Shown here in pieces: positions 25,257 to 32,864 of a stretch of DNA of 48,476 nucleotides. Each line of letters begins with the position of its first letter. Within the stretch, counting starts at the first letter, position 1. The notes below the pieces were generated by a model, which saw nothing but the letters and a program-made list of their open reading frames with translations, did no database searches and was not told the origin of the DNA. The position numbers and the translations under genes were made by a program. This stretch comes from Candidatus Altiarchaeota archaeon (GTDB taxonomy: Archaea; Altiarchaeota; Altiarchaeia; IMC4; SCGC-AAA252-I15): assembly GCA_043804895.1 (NCBI GenBank), contig JAZDIN010000015.1, positions 1-48,476 of the forward strand, in the 5' to 3' direction.

Positions 25257-27220
25257 TAGGCGGCCGTTACGCAAGCCACAATTGAAACAACCGAAATCAC
25301 AAGCCCTATGAAGAAGCTAAAAGGCTGGTAGTAGAATACGACGTTGTGGACGCCGGGACTAAGCCTCAAGGATACAAGGCCCCCGTGCGGTTTAACTTCC
25401 CCTTCACTCGACTTCCAGCCCACATAGTAGTTCTGGTTCAGCACAAGAGTGTCCCCTACGGGATTGTTCACATCAACGACAACAACGTTTGGTGTAAACG
25501 AGGTCATTCTCACGCCGCCACTATTGCCTTCAAGGTAGGCTTCGCCCCTGTATCCGCTTTCTCCGAAGGATTTAGCGTTCTTCGGGACGTTGACTATGTC
25601 ATAGCCGTCGACCGTGCCCATGTTCATTAGATACGGCGTGTACATCTCGCTGAATTTTTGGGGGTTCTTAGGAAAACCAGCAGATTGGATGAATTCCCCT
25701 GCACGGACATTGTCTGGTGGTATGTTGAATGCATCGTTCAGCAGGGTGCCGTTGGTGACGAGCAGCTCAAAAAAAACGGCGAAGAGTATTGCATGAGTCA
25801 AAAGCGTGCGCCCTCTCTCAATGAAGCTTAGACCGGCGCCAGATAATATGGAAACTAAGAAGAGTACGATGATTATCATCCTTGACGGAACCCGGAGGAT
25901 AGGGTTCATTATCGTGACTGAGAGGACCAAGCAGACGGACAGTATAAGCAGCACAATCAGGCCTTTCATGTACCCCCCCCCTAGCATGCCCGGGGTGTCA
26001 CCCCCTATTCCTGGCAGATAGTACAACATCCAATAGAGCAGCAAAAAGAATGGAAAAATCACCATCACGTATTCGCCCATCGACATAATGGCAAAAAACA
26101 GTAAAGCCACGGCCAACGGCCAAAGGCATTCGATGGAGAAGGCCAGCCCCATAGCAACAAGGAAAACGGGGATGATTCCCACGTAACTCCCATACTCATG
26201 CCACATATACATGTTGTGCCCTTTTACGGACCCGTATACCTGGGCCCCACCTAAGAAGGCATTATACAGTATGGCTGGCAGGAAACCGCCGCCTGCGCTC
26301 ACTAGCCTATGATCAACGAAAAACCCTGAAAAGTAGAACTCGACCATCGGAATCAATTTCACGGCGCCGAAAAGCGCAAAAAAGCAGACGATAAGGACAG
26401 TAGAATAGAAGGGCCTATATCCCACACGTTTGAAGCATAGGACGACTTCGAGAGCGGATATCAAAACTATGAGCAGCACAGTGTAGGCCAGGAGGTAGGG
26501 GAATCCGCCAAACAGCATGAACGTGAGCGCCATCGCGGAAGGGATTGCGTAGACTAACTTTTTGATTGACTTCAGGTAGAAGAGGAAAACCCAGGGTAGC
26601 CAGCACATCGATGCCCAGCCAAGGTGCCCCACGCTAATATGCTGGAAGAACACCCCCCCACCCATATACACGAACGAACTGAGGTATGAGCCGAATACAC
26701 CGAAGTCGTATTCCCTGGATAGGAGGAAGGAACCTAACATTCCCAAAATCACGGACAAAACCAGGGCAGCCTTCACGCCCTGAACCGGGCCAAGAAGCAT
26801 TGCCGGAGCCAAAAGCGGCGAAAGGAAAAGGCTCTCCGGTCCTGCAAGCAGGACATTCCCCCCGCTGTAGTAGGGATTCCACAGGGGAAACTGGTGGTGT
26901 ATCATGATCGAATCCAGCGAGACCGCAACCTGGAATATGAACTCATCCCAGTCTATCCGCCCTACAAAGTCCGGGTTCACAAACACTGGCGACGTGAATG
27001 CGAATGCTACGACAACGAAGAATGCAGCAGAAAACCAGATACTTTCAAGAAATTCCCTGCCAAGGAGGAACATCACGACTGCAGAGGCCGAGAAAACCAG
27101 CATCAGATGCTGGCTGCTGAATGCGTTGTATCGCACCTGAGTCCACATGAGCGAAAGGGAAGTGATGAGGACAAATAGGACGAGTGCCCTACGACAGAGG
27201 CACCCCCTGAGAGCTGTCAT
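25232..27220 (-). CDS. YfhO-like GT-C membrane protein
   Basis: PLWNPY..GG.VLLA, YVG and LRVPSR motifs. C-terminal extracellular domain (LVLNQNYYVGWK..GVHNVVFYYQP) followed by a final TM. Confidence 0.75.
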   Translation of the reverse strand: MTALRGCLCRRALVLFVLITSLSLMWTQVRYNAFSSQHLMLVFSASAVVMFLLGREFLESIWFSAAFFVVVAFAFTSPVFVNPDFVGRIDWDEFIFQVAVSLDSIMIHHQFPLWNPYYSGGNVLLAGPESLFLSPLLAPAMLLGPVQGVKAALVLSVILGMLGSFLLSREYDFGVFGSYLSSFVYMGGGVFFQHISVGHLGWASMCWLPWVFLFYLKSIKKLVYAIPSAMALTFMLFGGFPYLLAYTVLLIVLISALEVVLCFKRVGYRPFYSTVLIVCFFALFGAVKLIPMVEFYFSGFFVDHRLVSAGGGFLPAILYNAFLGGAQVYGSVKGHNMYMWHEYGSYVGIIPVFLVAMGLAFSIECLWPLAVALLFFAIMSMGEYVMVIFPFFLLLYWMLYYLPGIGGDTPGMLGGGYMKGLIVLLILSVCLVLSVTIMNPILRVPSRMIIIVLFLVSILSGAGLSFIERGRTLLTHAILFAVFFELLVTNGTLLNDAFNIPPDNVRAGEFIQSAGFPKNPQKFSEMYTPYLMNMGTVDGYDIVNVPKNAKSFGESGYRGEAYLEGNSGGVRMTSFTPNVVVVDVNNPVGDTLVLNQNYYVGWKSSEGEVKPHGGLVSLRLSPGVHNVVFYYQPFSFFIGLVISVVSIVACVTAAYYGLPGLE

Positions 27221-27254
27221 ACAGCCATAATGAGATTAGAGAGAGATATATAGG

Positions 27255-29363
27255 ATGTGCGATCCCGCGGACAATAAAGGATTTAAATGCAATAGTCATA
27301 TTCCTAATATGTTCCGGAAGGCATATTCCTCGATCGGGCGTGACGGATTCTCCCTCCTCCTGATAAGCTTCATGATACTGTTCTTCGAGCTCGTCTGCAT
27401 ACGGTGGATATCATCCACCGTAAGCTACATAGGACTCTTCAGCAACGTAATCCTCCTGGCCGCGTTCCTTGGTATAGGGATGGGTTGCATGCTCAAGGAC
27501 TGGAGGTCGGACCTCATCAACTACTTCCCGCACCTGGTCTTCCTGTTCGTCCTCCTCTTCTCGTTCGGGTTCTTCGAATCCACTATATACTCACGCGCCC
27601 TTTACGCCAAGAGCGACAGTCCGTTCGACTTCATCCAGGGGGGGCTGCGACTGGACCCCTCAATGCTACTTACAGTGATATTCGCGTTTGTCACCTTTAT
27701 CTTCATAACGCTCTCCCAGGACCTCGGGCGACTGTTCGGGAGGTTCAAGCCCCTTGAAGCGTACTCCATAAACATCGTCGGGAGCCTGGCCGGGATAATC
27801 ACCTTCTCGGCGATGTCGTATATGTCGTTGGGGCCCATGTGGTGGTTCACGCTATTTTACATACTGCTTTTCACGTTCAAGCAGGTGAACGGGCGGAACA
27901 TCATATTCAACGTGAACTTCCTCATATTCCTCCCAATAACCCTCGTTAGCATCTACTCGATATCATACGGGATCGGGGAGTTAATCCAAACCCAATCATT
28001 AAACGAGATGTACTCGCCGCAGGTGTACTGGTCGCCCTACTACCGCGTGGAGAAGGCCGGCAACATCATCGTTGTGAACAAAATCGGACACCAGATGATC
28101 AGAACCCCACCGGAGATGGATACCGTGCAGTATCCGCCAAGGTACCTGTTCAACAGGACATTCGACGACGTCCTAATAGTCGGCTCCGGAACCGGGACGG
28201 ACACGGCAGCAAGCCTGTACTTCAACAACAAGAGGATTGACGCGGTTGAGATAGACCCGGTCATAATAGACATCGGCAGGGAATACAACCCGTACCATCC
28301 CTACTCCAACCCCAAAGTCACTGTCATAAACGATGACGCGCGCTCCTACCTTATGAAAACCAACAAAAAATACGACCTCATAATATACGGGCTGACAGAC
28401 TCGATAACTGCGCTTTCAACCTACGGGAGCCTCAGGCTTGAAAGCTATTTGTACACGACTGAGGCGTTCAAGGAAGTGAAGAACCACCTTAAGGACGACG
28501 GTCTCTTCGCCACCGGCAACTACTACCCGAACAGACAATTCGCAGATAAACTGGCGATCATGCTAGAGCAGTCATTCAACCAGAAACCCCACATAATCAT
28601 ACTTCCCCCCGTAGGTAACGGCTCGCAGCTTCTGGGTGAAGTCCAGGGGGTCCTGACATTTTCCGGCCCTGCCGTTGACAAAATCGAAAAGAGGACGACC
28701 TACGAGATATCGTCGAAGGTAACGCCTTCCACAGACGACTGGCCGTTCTTTTACATACAAAACCCCTCAATCCCGAGGATATACGCCGACGGTATTGCTC
28801 TGATAATACTGTTCACGCTAGCCCTCTTCATAGCCTTGGGACTTCGCGGCAGCATAAGTGGAATAAACCCCCATTTCTTCTTCCTAGGAGCCGCATTCAT
28901 GCTCCTTGAGACGAAGAGCGTCATAAACTTCTCGCTCATCTACGGGGCCACGTGGGTTGTGAACTCCTTCGTGTTCGTGTCGGTGCTCCTCATGGTGTTG
29001 GCGGCGGTCTACTTCGTTGGCAGGCATCCCACATTGGACATCAGGCCGTGGTATCTCTGCCTATTCATCCTCCTGGCGTTGAACTACATGGTCCCGCTGA
29101 GCGCGTTCCTGTCCCCCAACCCGGCAATAAAATACGTCCTATCTGCAGTCTTCTACTTCTCGCCCATATTCCTCGCCAATGTGATATTCAGCAACTCGTT
29201 CAAGGGCACAAGAGAGTCAAGCATAGACTATGCGTCAAACATACTCGGGGCGGTACTGGGGGGAATCACCGAGTACCTATCACTCGTCGCAGGATACAGG
29301 AACCTGGTGATAGTAATCGCGGTATTCTACTTCATAGCCCTGGCCAGGAGGAGAACAGACTAA
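27255..29363 (+). CDS. Membrane-fused spermidine synthase-like SAM/dcSAM-dependent transferase
   Basis: N- and C-terminal TM bundles flank VLIVGSGTGTD, VEIDP, DDAR, YDLI, TDDWPF. Start probably the ATG at ~27309. Confidence 0.85.
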   Translation: MCDPADNKGFKCNSHIPNMFRKAYSSIGRDGFSLLLISFMILFFELVCIRWISSTVSYIGLFSNVILLAAFLGIGMGCMLKDWRSDLINYFPHLVFLFVLLFSFGFFESTIYSRALYAKSDSPFDFIQGGLRLDPSMLLTVIFAFVTFIFITLSQDLGRLFGRFKPLEAYSINIVGSLAGIITFSAMSYMSLGPMWWFTLFYILLFTFKQVNGRNIIFNVNFLIFLPITLVSIYSISYGIGELIQTQSLNEMYSPQVYWSPYYRVEKAGNIIVVNKIGHQMIRTPPEMDTVQYPPRYLFNRTFDDVLIVGSGTGTDTAASLYFNNKRIDAVEIDPVIIDIGREYNPYHPYSNPKVTVINDDARSYLMKTNKKYDLIIYGLTDSITALSTYGSLRLESYLYTTEAFKEVKNHLKDDGLFATGNYYPNRQFADKLAIMLEQSFNQKPHIIILPPVGNGSQLLGEVQGVLTFSGPAVDKIEKRTTYEISSKVTPSTDDWPFFYIQNPSIPRIYADGIALIILFTLALFIALGLRGSISGINPHFFFLGAAFMLLETKSVINFSLIYGATWVVNSFVFVSVLLMVLAAVYFVGRHPTLDIRPWYLCLFILLALNYMVPLSAFLSPNPAIKYVLSAVFYFSPIFLANVIFSNSFKGTRESSIDYASNILGAVLGGITEYLSLVAGYRNLVIVIAVFYFIALARRRTD

Positions 29364-29392
29364 TATATAATACCTAATCCTAATGTTCTCAG

Positions 29393-30199
29393 ATGAAGAG
29401 GCCTGATTTGGCGGCGAGGTTTGTGATGCTGGACGTCGGATACGTTAACGGCCTCCTGGGTGTGAAGCTCGCCCCGAAAGAGGTTAAGGCCCTCCTGGAG
29501 AAGATGCGCTTCGGAGTTGAAGGCACGGGCGGCAGGCTCAAAGTCAAAATACCAGCCTACCGGACGGACATACTACACCCCATCGACCTTGTGGAGGATG
29601 TGGCCATAGCGTACGGTTACATGAACTTCAAGCCTAAGATGCCTTCACTCTACCAGCTCGGGAAGGCTGATAAGGGGGAAGTCTACTTCGAGGAGGTCAG
29701 AGACATCATGATAGGACTCCAGTTCAGGGAGGTGATGACGCTGCTTCTCACCAACCGCCGCGACCTGTTCGAGAGGATGAACGCACCGGAAGAGGCTGTT
29801 GTGGAGGCTGTTAAGCCAGTCAGCCTCGAACAGGGCATAGCACGCACATGGCTGCTCCCATCCCTGATGACAGTCCTTGAGAAGAACAGGAACAGGGAAT
29901 ACCCGCAGATGCTCTTCGAAGTCGGCGACACAATAGACGAGAAAGGGAGGACGGTGACGAAAGTCGCTGCCGTAATAGCCCACAGCAGGACCAACTACAG
30001 CGAAATCAAGGCCGCGGTCAACGGCTTACTGGCGAACATGAAGCTCAAGACTGATGAGAAACCCTACGACCACCCCTCATTCATAACAGGGAGGTGCAGC
30101 GCAAACCAGTACGGATTCTACGGGGAAATCAGCCCAGAAGTCCTCACAAACTTCGGGCTTGAAGTCCCGGCCACGGCGTTCGAGCTGAGACTGAACTGA
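29393..30199 (+). CDS. pheT: Phenylalanyl-tRNA synthetase beta subunit, C-terminal half only (B5 plus catalytic-like domain)
   Basis: IPAYRTDILHPIDLVEDVAIAYGY (B5), RTWLLPSLM, LFEVG, HPSFITGR, GEISPEVLTNFGL. Only 268 aa. Confidence 0.9.
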   Translation: MKRPDLAARFVMLDVGYVNGLLGVKLAPKEVKALLEKMRFGVEGTGGRLKVKIPAYRTDILHPIDLVEDVAIAYGYMNFKPKMPSLYQLGKADKGEVYFEEVRDIMIGLQFREVMTLLLTNRRDLFERMNAPEEAVVEAVKPVSLEQGIARTWLLPSLMTVLEKNRNREYPQMLFEVGDTIDEKGRTVTKVAAVIAHSRTNYSEIKAAVNGLLANMKLKTDEKPYDHPSFITGRCSANQYGFYGEISPEVLTNFGLEVPATAFELRLN

Positions 30200-30201
30200 C
30201 G

Positions 30202-31290
30202 ATGGATTCACACAGCGAGTACAAGCTGAAGAAGCTTATGAGGGAACTGGAGAACGTCACAGGCAGACACACGGAGCTCATATCAGTGTACGTGCCTGCC
30301 GGATACAACCTCGTGAACGTCATAAACCAGATAGCAAGCGAACAGGGGACTGCGACTAACATAAAAAGCACCTCAACACGCAACAACGTCGTCGACGCCC
30401 TCGAGCGGACGCTACAGCACCTGCGCCTCTACAAGCAGACGCCGAAAAACGGCCTCATAGTCTTCTGCGGCAACGCCAGCGAAAGGCCAGGCCAGCAGGA
30501 CATCAAGGTGTGGGGATTCGAACCACCTGAACCGATATCCATCAGACTGTACAGGTGCGACAAACAGTTCATACTAGACCCCCTCAAGGACATGATAGCC
30601 CCCAAAGACGTGTACGGCCTAATAGCAGTGGATAACAAGACTGCGACCATCGCCACACTCAGGGGACCCAGATACGTAGTGCACAAGAAACTCACGTCAG
30701 GATACAGCGGAAAACACCGAGCAGGCGGACAGTCAGCCCACAGGTTCGAACGCCTCATCAGGGAGGAATCCCACAACTTCAAGAAAAGGGTGGGTGAATC
30801 AGTCAACGACATATTCCTCCCCATAATAAAGGACATACGCGGCCTCGTCATCGGCGGACCCGCAGCCACCAAGGAGGACTTCATAAAAGGAGAATACATG
30901 AACCACGAGGTCCGGAAGAAGATAATCGCAGTCAAAGACATCACATACACAGACGAGTCAGGAATCAGGGAGCTCATCAACGCCAGCGAAGAAGACCTCA
31001 AAGAAGTGGAGATGGTCCGCCAGAAAATCTGGATGCAACGTTTCATGAAAACCCTCATAGAAGAAGGCCCCGTAGCATACGGCCCAGACCTCGAACGCGC
31101 CCTAGACGCCAACGCAGTCGAAGTCCTACTACTGTCAGAGAAACTACCAGAAGAGGACATAGAACGCCTCTACGACAAAGCACAGGCCTCAGGCACCAAA
31201 GTGGAGATATTCTCCGACGAATTCGAAGAAGGATTCCAACTCCTCAACACATTCAAAGGAAAAGCAGCGATACTGCGATACAGGATATAG
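30202..31290 (+). CDS. prf1: Peptide chain release factor aRF1
   Basis: TELISVYVP, NIKS, YRCD, GGQSAHRFER, AAILRY. Confidence 0.97.
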   Translation: MDSHSEYKLKKLMRELENVTGRHTELISVYVPAGYNLVNVINQIASEQGTATNIKSTSTRNNVVDALERTLQHLRLYKQTPKNGLIVFCGNASERPGQQDIKVWGFEPPEPISIRLYRCDKQFILDPLKDMIAPKDVYGLIAVDNKTATIATLRGPRYVVHKKLTSGYSGKHRAGGQSAHRFERLIREESHNFKKRVGESVNDIFLPIIKDIRGLVIGGPAATKEDFIKGEYMNHEVRKKIIAVKDITYTDESGIRELINASEEDLKEVEMVRQKIWMQRFMKTLIEEGPVAYGPDLERALDANAVEVLLLSEKLPEEDIERLYDKAQASGTKVEIFSDEFEEGFQLLNTFKGKAAILRYRI

Positions 31291-31334
31291 CCTATTTTTA
31301 ACACCTAACGGTATAATATACTCCCAAACAAGAT

Positions 31335-31453
31335 GGGCTCGTAGTCTAGCCCGGTTATGACGTCGCCTTGACGATGCGCAAGCAAGGCTTGCTATCTTTG
31401 CCGCTTGCGCGGCAAAATGGCGAAGACCACCGGTTCGAATCCGGTCGAGCCCA
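31335..31453 (+). tRNA. tRNA-Val(GAC) with 44-nt intron at position 37/38 (31374-31417)
   Basis: Acceptor GGGCTCG/CGAGCCC-A, anticodon stem TCGCC/GGCGA with loop TT-GAC, T arm ACCGG-TTCGAAT-CCGGT, relaxed BHB at the junctions. CCA not encoded; AT-rich promoter upstream. Confidence 0.9.
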
Positions 31454-31522
31454 CTCGTATCTAACCGAAGCGAATGTGTATCACATACTCGCCGGATTAA
31501 GCGAGCCTCGTAAGGCTTGCGG

Positions 31523-31539
31523 GAATCCGGTCGAGCCCA
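31523..31539 (+). repeat. Direct repeat of the tRNA 3' end (att-like), copy 2
   Basis: GAATCCGGTCGAGCCCA, identical to 31437-31453. Confidence 0.9.
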
Positions 31540-31669
31540 ACCTTACTAAGGTTGACGAAGGAGCAGCATGTGCTCCCTTCGGTCGCTTAACCTCTCTGAG
31601 CGTGATAATGCATTCGTGGGGCTGAAAGCCCCACAAATCCGTTTCAGCGTGAACTTACGAAACGGTTCA

Positions 31670-31684
31670 CCGGTCGAGCCCACT
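31670..31684 (+). repeat. Direct repeat of the tRNA 3' end (att-like), copy 3
   Basis: CCGGTCGAGCCCACT, identical to 31441-31455. Confidence 0.85.
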
Positions 31685-31711
31685 GCGCTGTAGTAGGGAC
31701 ATGTGCTTTTC

Positions 31712-32800
31712 TTAGATTATTATTCCGCTGCCTGTGGCCCAGAAGACCATGAGAACCATTTGCATGCAGAATAGGAATGTCTGTAGGTAATGATGTATGA
31801 GTGGGTTTGAGGTCAGCCTTGCGAGTAGTATGTAAAGTGGGAATGCGACAACCGTGAACCTTGTTATGCTGTGGATGGCAATTAGGTCTGGATTTACCAG
31901 CGGTGGAACAAGCACAATTAGCAGGCTCAGAAGGAGATAGGAGGAGTCTATCTTTTTATAGGCGAGTAGCAGCAAACCCGATATGCCTATCAAGAACGCT
32001 AGATTAAAGACAAAGAATCTGTTGTTTAGTAGGGTGTACTGGGTGATTTGCTTGAGGTGCTGTTCGGTACCTGCTTGCGTGAACTGAGAATACCAACCAG
32101 GGTTATACGCTGAGAACGCAAGTAAACTGAGGGGTATGAGGGATAGGAAGAGCACGTTAAAGTTTATTTTCCGGAGAGTATACCCTCTGACTTTTAGGTA
32201 TTCGCCAAGTAGTGGCGGCAGAACTAACACCCCTACGGGTCTTGTTAGAGTCAGGAAAAAACCTATGACCCCTACTTTTGCCCATTCCTCCTTTCTTGCG
32301 TAGTAGAAGCACATGACCAATAGTGCAAGGAACAGGCTTTCCGAGAGGATAGCAGAAAGAATAAAGGCTGATGGAAAAGCATATAGATATGTTACAGACC
32401 TCAGGGCAGTATCGTTGTCATACTGGAGTCTAATGAGCTTGTAGAGGAATATGGATGCGACAAGTAGGGATATGTTGGAGATTATAACCCCTGCAAGAAA
32501 ATAATCACCCATGGCGATTCCCAGAAGCCTCATGAGGAGGGGGAAAAACGAGTATATGCTTATTGTCTGGCCCCAATTTTTAGCAATATCCAGATACCAG
32601 ACACTATCCCACATGCCCCATATGCCAAGCCATATTGGGTCATAGTTGACATACATAAAAGGGGATGGTGTGGCAGAATAACCCACTACTCTTGCATTTA
32701 CTCCTATCAGCGTCAGAATAATACGTGTCGCAATGAAAAGCAGGAGCGTATGCTTTACCTCAGGAGTTAGCTTCTTGTAGAAATACTCTGTCAACTGCAT
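31712..32800 (-). CDS. PIG-V/GT76-like mannosyltransferase (GT-C)
   Basis: WDSVWYLDIA, FFPL, ISNI, FPSAFILSAILSESLFL, TRPVG. Confidence 0.8.
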   Translation of the reverse strand: MQLTEYFYKKLTPEVKHTLLLFIATRIILTLIGVNARVVGYSATPSPFMYVNYDPIWLGIWGMWDSVWYLDIAKNWGQTISIYSFFPLLMRLLGIAMGDYFLAGVIISNISLLVASIFLYKLIRLQYDNDTALRSVTYLYAFPSAFILSAILSESLFLALLVMCFYYARKEEWAKVGVIGFFLTLTRPVGVLVLPPLLGEYLKVRGYTLRKINFNVLFLSLIPLSLLAFSAYNPGWYSQFTQAGTEQHLKQITQYTLLNNRFFVFNLAFLIGISGLLLLAYKKIDSSYLLLSLLIVLVPPLVNPDLIAIHSITRFTVVAFPLYILLARLTSNPLIHHYLQTFLFCMQMVLMVFWATGSGIII

Positions 32801-32864
32801 GGTACTACTTAACTAGTAAATTATCTTATTTATCTAAGTTTTTAACCGTTGTTTCCGTTAGTAT

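Noticed and set aside
31437-31684. CRISPR array
   Set aside because: Repeats are only 13-17 nt, match the tRNA 3' end, have unequal spacers (~70 and ~130 nt), and no cas genes are present.
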